A stretch of DNA of 64,000 nt from an uncultured virus (IMG/VR IMGVR_UViG_3300013845_000001) (IMGVR_UViG_3300013845_000001:62001-126000), one strand, 5' to 3'. Positions 50,097-60,594 are shown, numbered from the stretch's first letter. Numbers and translations: made by a program. Notes: generated by a model from the letters alone, not told the origin.

Positions 50097-53000
50097 CTTA
50101 AAGACCTCGGAAATCTTTCAAACGTTTTAAAGAATATAAATAGTAGTAACAATATAGCTGACAGTTTTAATGCTCTTGAAGTAAGTATGCAAAAGTGTGT
50201 GCTCGCCAGCGGAAAGTTAAGTGTTGCACAACTGGATGCAATAAATTCAGGTACCATATGGAAAACCAACATTGATGGTACTATGGTTTCTGTATCAGGT
50301 CTTTCTAAGACTGAATTAGAAGCAGCAATTTCCACTACCACTCTCTCCGCTTCACAGACCACTGCAACAGCAACTACAACTGGATTCGGTACTGCCCTTA
50401 AAGGTCTTTGGGCAACCATGATGGCAAATCCTTTAATTGCAATAGGAATGGCCGTAACAGCTATCTCAACAGCATGGAATATTTATAATCAGTCCATCGA
50501 AAAAACAAGACAAGCTTCAGCTGATGCGGCGGGCGCATTAAACGAAACCACCTCATCAATTAATGATTATGCTGAAAAGTATAAAAAATTACACGATGAA
50601 CTTGTCAAGGCAAACACTACCGAAGAACGACAGCATGAAATAAAAAGTGATCTTCTTGCGCTCCAACAAGAATTAAACGATAAGTACGGAGATGAGTACG
50701 GAAAATTAAATCTTGTTACAGATGCTTATAATGATCAGACCGATGCAATCTTGGCAAGAAATAAAGCCGCTGCACAAAATTACCTTCTTGAAAATAGAAA
50801 AGGTATAGCTGATGCGACTAAGCAAATGGAACAAGACCGTACCTATACGCTTGGCAGCACTGGTAATTTATCAAACGACTATGCAAAAGAAATATATAGT
50901 ATAGCTTCAAAATACTCTAACCAGGGTATAAAACTAGAGTCTCTTAAAAATAACGGAGTAGATGCCTATACCATCAAGTTTTTTGGAAATGCCGAAAATG
51001 CAGAAAAAGTCATACGTAATCTCTCCAATGAGATTCAAGATCTTGGAAATAAATATGAAGACAACAACTTCATCAATGGGTTCTTAGATAACTCAACAAA
51101 TGCACTTAAAGAGAACCAAAAAATATTAGATAAATACGATGAAATATATAACTCCGCATTGATGTCTCAAATTGCCACTGATAACGAACTATCAGAAGGT
51201 TATAATAAGGCTACAAATGCCGTTAAAGCATATAACGATGCACTAATTTCTGGTGACGAATCTAAAATATTATCGGCAAGAGATGATCTTAGGGAAGTAA
51301 AAAATTCCATTGATTTAACAAGCGATAACTGGAAACGATATGGAAATGTAATGACTGATATTTTCGATCAGGCTAATACTGGACTATACGATTTTAGAGA
51401 TGCGCTCTCTTCAAATAACGATAATATCAAAGATTATGCTAAAAATCTAAAAGGTTTATCAAAAACAGATGTATTATCCATGGCAAATGATGGAAAAGAT
51501 GATAGTTTTGATAAAATTGTTGAATCTGCCAATAAATATGGATTAAGTATTAACCAGGTCATTGATGAATTGGTCAGATTGAAATTTGTTCAAGATGATG
51601 TAGCAAAATCTGGTGAAGTAGCATTCACTCCTCTCTCCAAGCAAGAAGTAATTTCAAACATCAACTCTCTATCTGAAGGTTTTGAATCTTTAGATAAAAT
51701 TATGAAGAGTATATCCGACAAAGATAATCCGTTTGACTATGCTCTACTAGATGACAAAAAGTTCAAAGATAATTTTAAAGACTTGGGAGAATCATATACC
51801 GATTTCGTTGAAAAAGTATCTTCTTCACCAAAAGATATTAATATCACAAAATCTGCATTCAATGATCTCGTAACTACATGGATTGATAGTTCTGGTGTAT
51901 TAAATGGACTTACAGACGAAAACGCCAATCTTGCTACTGCTATGCTTCAGAACATGGGTGTTGCTAATGCGGAAGAAGTTGTAATGTCTCGATTAGCAAT
52001 TGCACAGGAGCATTTAGCTGCTGAAAAAGCTTATACGGCAGAAGTAAGTAATGACCTCGCAAATGCTACCGCCAGTGAGATTCCAGGAATCATAGATGAG
52101 GCAACTCAAAGTGATATCGCTAAGGTTGCGCTTGCCGGGCTGGTATTAGAGAAGGAATTTTTCAATGGAAATGCACTTGATACTAGTGGAGATATTCAAA
52201 ATATCATCTCTCTTATCGGGGTCATCGGTACTGCCAATACAGCACTCAAAGCGTTAAATACCTTGAAAGCCGGTGGAAATGTAGGAGGCAATATTGGGGG
52301 AAAAGAAGGCTATGATGCTCTTGTAAGAAACGCACAACAGGAAGTAGATGAAGCAATAAAGGCTGCTTCTGAGTATAAGGGCAAGGGTTCAAGTGTCAAC
52401 GCATCGTATACAGGTGGTACAAAAACAAACAAGCCCTCTTCTGGTTCTAAAAAAGATAAAAAAGACACCGAGAAACCTATTGACTGGATTGAGCGACAGC
52501 TAAAATTGCTTAAAGATAAAAGGTCAGAACTGGTCAGTAAAATTTCTGACACCTATTCTGCATTTTCCACAGCTACGCATGATCAAATTCTGGAGCTGGA
52601 CAAAACACTCATTGACGAATATGCAAACGCAGTTAATCAGTATCAGCAGGAATATGATAAAGCTGTTAGTAAAATATCGGCTCAAAACAAAGCAAAAATA
52701 GAAAATGGGTCTATGTCTGTAGACACTCTTTCTGGTACTGAATTAGAAAATGTGCAATCAGCAATGGACGCTTATGATAAACTCGCTGGTACACAGAAGG
52801 AACAATCTGAAGCACAAAAAACGCATCTAGATGATATAAAGTCTAAATATGATGCTATTTCAAAATCTATTGAGAATGAAAACAATAAATTAAAAGATTC
52901 TAATTCTATACTAGAAAGCCAGATGGAATATTACAAGTCATCTGGTATTGTTATCGACTCTTCATTTTACGACAGGCTTATTCGGAATACGTCAGGATTA

Positions 53001-55040
53001 ATTTCTAATGCCAGAGATACAATTAGTAATAAACGAGCGGAATTAAGGGATCTGCTTGCTAATGGAGCAGACAAGTCCTCACAAGAGTATATTGATCTGA
53101 AAAGTGAAATTGCTGATGCAGAGAATAATGTATATGCTCTAAAAAAGGCGCAGGAAGAATACAGTAACCAACTACTCCAAATGCCAATAGACCACCTCTC
53201 CACATTAGTTTCGATGTATCAGGATATTGGAACCGCTATTTCGGATTGGGGAGCCGAGGTTGAGGCCTCTGGAAAGAAATTGGACGCAGGATATTACCAG
53301 CGTTTAATATCTAATAGTGCAAAAGTCGTAGATAATTTGAAAGAACAAGCATCATTAATTGAAGATACCATGTCTGAATATGAAGTGGGAAGTGACCGCT
53401 ACCTTGAACTCTATAATCAGTTACGGTCTGTTAACTCTGAAATGTCTACCACCGTCCAGAACATGCGTAAGCTAAATGAAGAGATGTTGAAACTTCCGCT
53501 TGAAAATATCGGTAGTTTTTCAACAGAGTTGCAGAAAGTAGCAGATGCATTAAGCAAGGTGCAAGAAGAACAGGATTTAGTTATCTCGGCAGTCACGAAC
53601 GCTATTCAGAAACAGATTGATGTTATTAACGACCAGAAAAACGCATACCAGGAAGCTAACGAATCACAGAAGAAGGGTTTAAAGGATAAACTTGACTTAC
53701 TTCAAAAGCAGAATACCCAATTAAAGCGACAGACCGACTATGAACAGTCTTTATATGATCTTCAAAAAGTGAACCAGCAAGCCACCGAGGCTGTAATTCG
53801 TGATGGAGAAAAAGTTTATGAGGTAAACGCAGATAAGCAAAGAGAAGCTCTCGAAAAAGTTCAAGATGCAAAATTCGCTCTCGAAACCGGAAAGATTCAA
53901 GATGAAATTGACGCACTCGATGAAGCGCTTGAAAAACAGAATGAATTATATGATTCACAGATAAAGAATCTTGAAACTATTGCAGATCGATGGAAACAAA
54001 TTGCAGAGAACATCAAAATTGCACAGGACGAAGCAAAGGCCGATGATATTCTAGGCGCCGGCTGGAAAGACAAGATACTCTCTGGTAATGACACTGCCCT
54101 ATTTAATACATTCTCAGGAATGTACGCAAACACCGCTGAACAGCTCAAAAAGTATCAAGATCAAATAGACTCCACAAATAATATTCAGTCATTGTTAGAG
54201 GATTACATTGCTTCATATAAGGAAGGAACAATCACTTACGATGAAGCCGTAAAAGGTATCAATAATCTCCTATCTCAGCTCAATCAGAAAATGTCTGCCA
54301 CAGATAATTTGAAGAATATCTTTGATTATTTAGGTACCGTAAATGACACGGCTGCTAACGCAGATGCGATTCTGACGGGTATCCAAAGTGGATTGAAAGA
54401 TACTGCCACTGAGTTACTAAAGTCCTTAGAACAGTACAATAAGAATGCTGGAATGATATCTGAATATACGTCTAGTTGGCAGAAACTTACCGACAACGTG
54501 TCTTCAATGCTTGAAGTGCTAAAAGAAGTCAGAAACAATTTAGAAGATAGTTATGATTATGAGCGAGATCGTGACAATGATAATACTAGATATGGAGGAG
54601 GAAAAGACGGAAGTCCCGGAACTCCCGGAAAGGGCGACTACGTAAATAGTGGCCCTGGTGTATATGCTGATGGCATCAAAAATGGACTTGTTGGGAAATC
54701 TACAGATTCTGAGCGAGAAAAGATGCTCAAACATCTTGCTACAAATAATTTGAAGCCGGGAGAAGTTCCAATACTTGCTCATGAGGGAGAGGCTATCTTT
54801 AATGATGAACAACAGAATAATCTTCTAAAGAACTTGGCGTCTGCTAATAGTTTTAAGCCTAATATTCCTGATTATGGCAGTTTTCTAAATCAAATTACAG
54901 TAAGAGAATCGACTCCAAAGCAAGAGTTTAATTTTGGGGATATCAACATTCAGAAATGTGATGCTCCAGATCAATTAGCACAAGGAATATTAGATGGTAA
55001 ACTTGCATTGGCATTAGGACAAAGACTCGGAAAAAGATAA
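50094..55040 (+). CDS. Tail tape measure protein, exon 2
   Basis: ALKGLWATMMANP, long helical region, IDWIER, EVPILAHEGEAIFN; no SD before ATG 50091. Confidence 0.9.
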   Translation, partial: QLKDLGNLSNVLKNINSSNNIADSFNALEVSMQKCVLASGKLSVAQLDAINSGTIWKTNIDGTMVSVSGLSKTELEAAISTTTLSASQTTATATTTGFGTALKGLWATMMANPLIAIGMAVTAISTAWNIYNQSIEKTRQASADAAGALNETTSSINDYAEKYKKLHDELVKANTTEERQHEIKSDLLALQQELNDKYGDEYGKLNLVTDAYNDQTDAILARNKAAAQNYLLENRKGIADATKQMEQDRTYTLGSTGNLSNDYAKEIYSIASKYSNQGIKLESLKNNGVDAYTIKFFGNAENAEKVIRNLSNEIQDLGNKYEDNNFINGFLDNSTNALKENQKILDKYDEIYNSALMSQIATDNELSEGYNKATNAVKAYNDALISGDESKILSARDDLREVKNSIDLTSDNWKRYGNVMTDIFDQANTGLYDFRDALSSNNDNIKDYAKNLKGLSKTDVLSMANDGKDDSFDKIVESANKYGLSINQVIDELVRLKFVQDDVAKSGEVAFTPLSKQEVISNINSLSEGFESLDKIMKSISDKDNPFDYALLDDKKFKDNFKDLGESYTDFVEKVSSSPKDINITKSAFNDLVTTWIDSSGVLNGLTDENANLATAMLQNMGVANAEEVVMSRLAIAQEHLAAEKAYTAEVSNDLANATASEIPGIIDEATQSDIAKVALAGLVLEKEFFNGNALDTSGDIQNIISLIGVIGTANTALKALNTLKAGGNVGGNIGGKEGYDALVRNAQQEVDEAIKAASEYKGKGSSVNASYTGGTKTNKPSSGSKKDKKDTEKPIDWIERQLKLLKDKRSELVSKISDTYSAFSTATHDQILELDKTLIDEYANAVNQYQQEYDKAVSKISAQNKAKIENGSMSVDTLSGTELENVQSAMDAYDKLAGTQKEQSEAQKTHLDDIKSKYDAISKSIENENNKLKDSNSILESQMEYYKSSGIVIDSSFYDRLIRNTSGLISNARDTISNKRAELRDLLANGADKSSQEYIDLKSEIADAENNVYALKKAQEEYSNQLLQMPIDHLSTLVSMYQDIGTAISDWGAEVEASGKKLDAGYYQRLISNSAKVVDNLKEQASLIEDTMSEYEVGSDRYLELYNQLRSVNSEMSTTVQNMRKLNEEMLKLPLENIGSFSTELQKVADALSKVQEEQDLVISAVTNAIQKQIDVINDQKNAYQEANESQKKGLKDKLDLLQKQNTQLKRQTDYEQSLYDLQKVNQQATEAVIRDGEKVYEVNADKQREALEKVQDAKFALETGKIQDEIDALDEALEKQNELYDSQIKNLETIADRWKQIAENIKIAQDEAKADDILGAGWKDKILSGNDTALFNTFSGMYANTAEQLKKYQDQIDSTNNIQSLLEDYIASYKEGTITYDEAVKGINNLLSQLNQKMSATDNLKNIFDYLGTVNDTAANADAILTGIQSGLKDTATELLKSLEQYNKNAGMISEYTSSWQKLTDNVSSMLEVLKEVRNNLEDSYDYERDRDNDNTRYGGGKDGSPGTPGKGDYVNSGPGVYADGIKNGLVGKSTDSEREKMLKHLATNNLKPGEVPILAHEGEAIFNDEQQNNLLKNLASANSFKPNIPDYGSFLNQITVRESTPKQEFNFGDINIQKCDAPDQLAQGILDGKLALALGQRLGKR

Positions 55041-55099
55041 AATGTTAAGAGGAATCTGGAGATATCTGGATTCCTCATTTTTGAATGGTAGGTGATGAA

Positions 55100-55729
55100 T
55101 TGAATTTAAATTGGCAAGAAGTATTCAATAAATTTTCTGATGATTTAGTAAATGCTTTTGATTTATTTACAGGCAATTTGAAATTAACTAAAGTATTTAA
55201 AGCTACTATAATTGAAAAAATAAATGACACAGTATATAAGGTTTTATATAAAAATGCAGAATATAAAGTGAAATCATACTATGACTTGATTATTGGAGAT
55301 ATAGTATGGGTATGTGCACCCGGAGGAGATTGGGATTCATTATTCGTGCAAAGTTATAATGGGTTTTTGGATCGAATAGTCACCACAGATAAGGTTGTAA
55401 ACAATTTAACCACTAACGTAGCTGGCACTGTATTAGACGGCAGAATGGGAAAGAGTTTAAAGGATCAGCTTGATACGGTAAATAGCAATTTGACTAATGT
55501 ATTGATGCTTAGAGGTTATGCGTCAGGGAACGCAAATAATTATTCAGAAACTGGCATTTATCAGATCATATCTTCGGAAGGGTCGACTATGCTGAATCTC
55601 GGTTTTAAAGGTCCCAGTATCTTTTTGGTATATGCAACCTCTAACTACATAGCTCAAGAACAGATTTATGCAGATGGATCACTTAAAAGGTTCAGGAATA
55701 GCGCTGGAGAATGGTCGGCATGGAAATGA
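55100..55729 (+). CDS. Tail-tip protein with switchable C-terminus (current variant)
   Basis: OB-fold-like N-terminus, VVNNLTT..VLDGRMGK linker, NSNL crossover, C-terminus ending WSAWK. Confidence 0.8.
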   Translation: MNLNWQEVFNKFSDDLVNAFDLFTGNLKLTKVFKATIIEKINDTVYKVLYKNAEYKVKSYYDLIIGDIVWVCAPGGDWDSLFVQSYNGFLDRIVTTDKVVNNLTTNVAGTVLDGRMGKSLKDQLDTVNSNLTNVLMLRGYASGNANNYSETGIYQIISSEGSTMLNLGFKGPSIFLVYATSNYIAQEQIYADGSLKRFRNSAGEWSAWK

Positions 55730-55956
55730 TCATTTCGTCCACACAGTAGCCCAGACACCATCAATACTTCTAGCATACACAAGCGGACCATCGTCGTAAA
55801 TTTCAAGCTGGTAAAAAGATGTGGCTGACACGGTGAACCTTATGTATGTTCTATCGCCTGCACGTCCAAATGTAACATTGGCTAATGCATCTAAGCCACC
55901 AGTAACTTTTCCGATTAAATCGCTTTTATCAGCTTTGTTATTTAAATTGCTATTTA
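55479..55956. mobile_element. Putative invertible segment bounded by 13-bp inverted repeats
   Basis: TAAATAGCAATTT 55479-55491 and AAATTGCTATTTA 55944-55956. Confidence 0.8.
55730..55954 (-). other. Silent alternative C-terminal cassette (74 aa, NSNLNNKADK...VWATVWTK)
   Basis: Start-less open frame beginning in the inverted repeat in the same NSNL frame; its stop abuts the forward stop (TGATCA). Confidence 0.8.
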
Positions 55957-55991
55957 ACTAAGTTTTATTTTTACAATAGAAAGGAAATTTT

Positions 55992-56381
55992 ATGGATAAA
56001 TTAATTTTATATGATTCAACATCAATTGAAATAGAGGAGGAAAGTTCCGAATATTCTTTTACAAAATCTTTTAATTCCATTGATGAGTTTTATACAACAC
56101 TCATACTACTTACTGAAACAAATCTGAGTTCATATACTATAAAAAATAGTTCAGGACTTATTTCTGCTACATACTCAAATAAAAGATGTAAGTCAACTTC
56201 CGTGACAATAACATGGAACGATGACGAAGAAATATCTGGTTTTCTCGTAGTATTCACATTGGAAGATATAGATTTAATTGAAAAGGAGCTTAAAAATTTA
56301 AGAGCTAGCCAAAAAGCTCAAAACTCTGCAATTATTGAACTTGCAGCGCTAATTACAGAATTAAAAGGAGGTACTGAATAA
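55992..56381 (+). CDS. Phage tail-associated protein
   Basis: C-terminal coiled coil QNSAIIELA; position. Confidence 0.7.
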   Translation: MDKLILYDSTSIEIEEESSEYSFTKSFNSIDEFYTTLILLTETNLSSYTIKNSSGLISATYSNKRCKSTSVTITWNDDEEISGFLVVFTLEDIDLIEKELKNLRASQKAQNSAIIELAALITELKGGTE

Positions 56382-56485
56382 TGGTAGATTTATATGTAAA
56401 TATGATTATAAATGACGAATATAGTATAGATGACGTTCTTGAACCATGGAGAGCCGCAGTTGAAGAGGCGTTAATGAAGCGATAA
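56381..56485 (+). CDS. 34-aa CD1375/XkdX-like protein
   Basis: Y...I....YSIDDV..PWRAAVEEAL; AGGAGG SD. Confidence 0.7.
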   Translation: MVDLYVNMIINDEYSIDDVLEPWRAAVEEALMKR

Positions 56486-56498
56486 GGGGGTACGACCG

Positions 56499-58169
56499 AT
56501 GTACGCAACAATACATACAATAGCTCCATTTGATTCTTCTGTCGGTACAAATATTAACTTCACTTGGTCTGGTAATCAAATCTATAAAGTGAGATGTATC
56601 ATAAAAAATAATGCTACGGGAGTAACGGCATACGATAGTACAATAGATACAATGAAGCAAGTCTATATTCTTCCACCCACTCCCACCTTAATAAATGGTA
56701 CAAAATACGTAGCCTATATCACTGTATTTGATGTAAACAATAATGAATCTACAATACAGAATATAGGTACTCCATTCTATTGTTTTACAACCCCAACCTT
56801 CAATTTATCAGTTTCAAATGGAGACATTATCAGAGCATCATCATATTCTATCGGGTTAACTTATTCGCAGGTCGAAAGTGAATTATTAAACTGGTTTAAT
56901 ATTACGTTGTATAGTTATCAAAAGACACTTGTTGATTCGTCTGGACAAATATATGACACGACTAATCTATCCTATATCGTAAGTAATTTGCAAAATGCAA
57001 CCCAATATTATATCCGTGCTACAGGGGAAACCGTAAACGGAATGAGCTTGGATACAGGATATGTACTTGTCACTGTATCATACACTACTGCCCAAGTTTT
57101 CAGTACATTAGAATTAAATAATATATCAGATACTGGTGCGATTGAAATAAAAAGCAATATAATTTCAGCCGAAGGAGAATCAGAATCGGATGTTACATAC
57201 ATAGATGGCGAATCGGCAGATTTGCGTGATAATAGTGTAATATTTAAGGAAGGATTTTTGTTAGATGGAGATTTTACAAAAATATATAAGTTTAGCAAGG
57301 CAACCAGAAACAAATCAATTATTACATTCGGAACCACAGATGGTTTGACTGTAAATGTGTACTATCGTATTGGGAGTTGGTCGGATTCTGATGGTGAAAA
57401 AGCATACTTTGAACTAGTTGCTAATTCATGTGGGATAAATTATATTTCAAATAGTGGATACGTTGCTACACATTCAGACGATTATCACCAGTATTCGTTG
57501 TTGATTAATCGAGTCAATGGTTTATTTGATTTAAAAGCAGAGGTTGTCAGTTCAGTAATTAGATATTCCGCAAGTGCAGATGGTAGTAATATGACAACCA
57601 CGAAACAAAGTAATTCTGCTTATGTTGGAGTTTGTGATGTACCAGACGAGATAATTACGTTGTGGGAGAGTAGCGGAAGGAATCTACTAAGGTATAGCGA
57701 TTTTAAAGAATTAAATTCAAGTTGGTATTCAGTAAGGGGGAGTGCTTATTCGTTATCCATCGACGATAATATTACTAATGGGCATAAATCATTAAAGATA
57801 ATAGGTAATGCTGCGGGACAGGCTGGCCAAGATATACAGTTTAAGACTGCTATAACAGCTAATGATGGTGAACACTGTGTTTTGTCGTTCTATGCTAAAT
57901 CCAATGTTGAATGTGTTCTTTCTGCGAGGTGGGGGCTTACTTCATCATATAAAATAGTACAAGTTACAAATGAGTGGATTAAGTATACTATGGAACTACC
58001 TAGAAACCTAAGCCAACCTCACGATTCTATATACATTATTTTTAACAAAATAGGAGAGTTCTATATTAATAGTCCAAAATTAGAGAGAGGTTCCACCGCA
58101 ACTCCCTGGACACCCGCTCCTTCTGATTATATTTCAGACAATACTAATTACACTTGGACTGCACTATAA
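56499..58169 (+). CDS. Tail protein with FN3-like and carbohydrate-binding-like domains
   Basis: LQNATQYYIR; GRNLL..PKLERGSTATPWTPAP. Confidence 0.75.
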   Translation: MYATIHTIAPFDSSVGTNINFTWSGNQIYKVRCIIKNNATGVTAYDSTIDTMKQVYILPPTPTLINGTKYVAYITVFDVNNNESTIQNIGTPFYCFTTPTFNLSVSNGDIIRASSYSIGLTYSQVESELLNWFNITLYSYQKTLVDSSGQIYDTTNLSYIVSNLQNATQYYIRATGETVNGMSLDTGYVLVTVSYTTAQVFSTLELNNISDTGAIEIKSNIISAEGESESDVTYIDGESADLRDNSVIFKEGFLLDGDFTKIYKFSKATRNKSIITFGTTDGLTVNVYYRIGSWSDSDGEKAYFELVANSCGINYISNSGYVATHSDDYHQYSLLINRVNGLFDLKAEVVSSVIRYSASADGSNMTTTKQSNSAYVGVCDVPDEIITLWESSGRNLLRYSDFKELNSSWYSVRGSAYSLSIDDNITNGHKSLKIIGNAAGQAGQDIQFKTAITANDGEHCVLSFYAKSNVECVLSARWGLTSSYKIVQVTNEWIKYTMELPRNLSQPHDSIYIIFNKIGEFYINSPKLERGSTATPWTPAPSDYISDNTNYTWTAL

Positions 58170-58187
58170 TGAAAGGAGATTTAACTT

Positions 58188-59081
58188 ATGATATTAGGAT
58201 ACAGTTTCGCGGCATCAAAAGAATCATTTAGTACATCTCCTGCCGCTTCGACTGCGATAGATTATATTACAATAAAATCGGCGATTTATGATGAAATGTA
58301 TGCTTCGTCTGAAGTCATAGAGACAGACGATTTTGATGGCTCTATACCGTCTACATGGGATAATGATACCAGATTACATGCATATTTCCAAGAAGATTTA
58401 TATGCAGGTAACGTAAACTTTACCGAAGATATAGTTGAGTCAGTGAGAATTAAACGGAAAACATCTAAAGATAGCAAATACAAAACGATTTACGAAAAGA
58501 CAATTACAACGAAAGAAGATTTTGCAATAGATCTTATGCACTATTATGCTCCTGTTGGTTCTGTATCATTTGCATATGTGCCAGTAATATCAGGCGGAGA
58601 AAGTGATTATATTATCAACACAGTAGAGTCAAAATTTGACTCTTATTTTATTTGTGAAAATAATGTATCATACCCAATGGTTTTGGATACCAATTTCAAT
58701 AAAAAGCGCATTCAGCGAACAGGACTGATTGAACCACTTGGCAGAGAAAAAGCCATTATTTTCAAGGGTGGAAGAACAAATTACATTACAGGAGACATTG
58801 AGTGTTGCTTTATTGATAACACAAATTGTGTGTGGCAAACAGAAACGTCATGGGATTATCGTAATACCATTTATGACTTCTTAACGAATAGCAATGTAAA
58901 AATTCTCAAGGATTATTTTGGTAATGTATGGTTGATTGGAGTTACTAGTGATGAAATAACTGAGGAATCTGATCATCCACTCCATGTAATATCTAAGTTT
59001 AGTATTGCAGAATGTGGAGATGCATATAGCACAAATGATTTGTATTATAATGGTTTGCTTGATACAAATATAGATGGATAG
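58188..59081 (+). CDS. Distal tail or baseplate protein
   Basis: KILKDYFGNVWLI motif; synteny. Confidence 0.65.
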   Translation: MILGYSFAASKESFSTSPAASTAIDYITIKSAIYDEMYASSEVIETDDFDGSIPSTWDNDTRLHAYFQEDLYAGNVNFTEDIVESVRIKRKTSKDSKYKTIYEKTITTKEDFAIDLMHYYAPVGSVSFAYVPVISGGESDYIINTVESKFDSYFICENNVSYPMVLDTNFNKKRIQRTGLIEPLGREKAIIFKGGRTNYITGDIECCFIDNTNCVWQTETSWDYRNTIYDFLTNSNVKILKDYFGNVWLIGVTSDEITEESDHPLHVISKFSIAECGDAYSTNDLYYNGLLDTNIDG

Positions 59082-59095
59082 ATTGGTGGTGAAAT

Positions 59096-60580
59096 ATGGG
59101 ATACGTTGTTACACAGGAAGATATTAATATTTTACACCAAGGCGAACAAGAAATAAGAATCAAGGTAGAACTACTGAATCAGGATTTTAAGACATTGGAT
59201 TCGCTAGAGGGGGTTATTATATCCGATAATTTCTCACAAGATTCTGAATCAATTCAGCGGAGAACCTATTCTTGTGATATGGCAATTTTAGATTCAACCT
59301 TCATTATTGGTAGCGATAAGAAGATTTGGTTAGATAAAAGATTGAGAGTTTATTATGGTTTGCGAAGCCAAAGAAGTAAAGAAATAATATGGTATAAATT
59401 GGGGACTTTCTGTTATGTCAGCATGAAATATACCTATTCGAAGAATCAAAAGCTACTCGCTCTCACTTGTGCCGATTTAATGACTCAATATGATGGAACT
59501 CTAAATGGTCAACTAATAGGTTATGGCTCCGCAAATGGCTCACCGAGTTATACTATTAAAAGTTTGTCCATTCCAGCTGGTGAGGACATCAGGACTTCGA
59601 TTATTGGGACACTTAAATTAGCTGGAATTACCAATTACGTGGTAGAAGATATAGGCAAAGAAATACCTTACGATTTAACCTTTAGTACGGGTTCTACATT
59701 TGCCGATATATGGAAAAAGATAAGTGACTTATATGATTCTTGGGAATTCTTCTTTGATGAAGATGGAGTGTTTGTATGGGGACAAATACCAACTTGCTTA
59801 GAAGAAGATGTAATCTTGAATGATGGAGTGTTAGAAGGATTGGTGACAAATGAGGAAACCTCAAGTGGTTTTTCTGGGATATATAATGTTACAGAGGTGT
59901 GGGGAAAGGTATTAGAACTTGAAAATAAAGATCGGTACTCTTCCACTTCTACATATTCAAATAATACTTACACTGTTGCTTTTTCTGGATATTCATCTTG
60001 GGACGATGTAGATAATCTAACACAGTTAGCATTTAAAGTATCCACTACAAACTTGGATTCTCCTAAATTTTCAATAAACGGATATGCCGCTATTCCCATT
60101 GTAGACGGAGATGGAAAAACGTTGGAAGCGGGTGCACTTGAAAATAATACTATATACGTGTTTAGATATAGGCGCTCTATATCCGGGAACTCTCTTTATT
60201 TACTCGGAAATTTTCAATGCTATGGTAGATACGAAGAAAAATCAGAAGACTGTCCGTTTTCAACAACAAAACTAGGCTATGAAATATTAAGGTCAGTTGA
60301 ATATGATACATTAAGCGACGATGCAGCCTGTTATAATCAAGCAGAGTATTTAACATATCAAACCACAGCAATGATGGATACAATTATGCTTAACCTGGTG
60401 GTAATTCCATGGTTGACCGTAAATAAAAAAATCGAATATACGCCAAAATATAACAACAAAAAAAGCCAATATATTATAAAAAACCTAAGTTGGAATTCTG
60501 GCAATGGAACAATGACAATGACTCTCTATAAGTTTATGGAGAGTTTTTCTTATGTTTACGATAGAAAATATAGAAACTAG
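59096..60580 (+). CDS. Baseplate hub/tail-tip protein (DUF5048-like)
   Basis: IQRRT, DGTLNG, FFFDEDGVF, IPWL motifs. Confidence 0.7.
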   Translation: MGYVVTQEDINILHQGEQEIRIKVELLNQDFKTLDSLEGVIISDNFSQDSESIQRRTYSCDMAILDSTFIIGSDKKIWLDKRLRVYYGLRSQRSKEIIWYKLGTFCYVSMKYTYSKNQKLLALTCADLMTQYDGTLNGQLIGYGSANGSPSYTIKSLSIPAGEDIRTSIIGTLKLAGITNYVVEDIGKEIPYDLTFSTGSTFADIWKKISDLYDSWEFFFDEDGVFVWGQIPTCLEEDVILNDGVLEGLVTNEETSSGFSGIYNVTEVWGKVLELENKDRYSSTSTYSNNTYTVAFSGYSSWDDVDNLTQLAFKVSTTNLDSPKFSINGYAAIPIVDGDGKTLEAGALENNTIYVFRYRRSISGNSLYLLGNFQCYGRYEEKSEDCPFSTTKLGYEILRSVEYDTLSDDAACYNQAEYLTYQTTAMMDTIMLNLVVIPWLTVNKKIEYTPKYNNKKSQYIIKNLSWNSGNGTMTMTLYKFMESFSYVYDRKYRN

Positions 60581-60594
60581 AAAGGAGGAATTAA

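Noticed and set aside
46587..50098. Restoring the tape-measure gene by DNA excision at the shared AACT microhomology
   Set aside because: That join reads AAC TTA AAG ACC TCG GAA ATC TTT CAA ACG TTT TAA, out of frame with an early stop; there are no longer flanking repeats and no recombinase in the insert. The RNA splice junction is in frame.
45042..55040. Tape measure as a pseudogene or as two independent proteins
   Set aside because: Both halves are intact, the second lacks an SD, and the precise guide complementarity to both ends is better explained by splicing.
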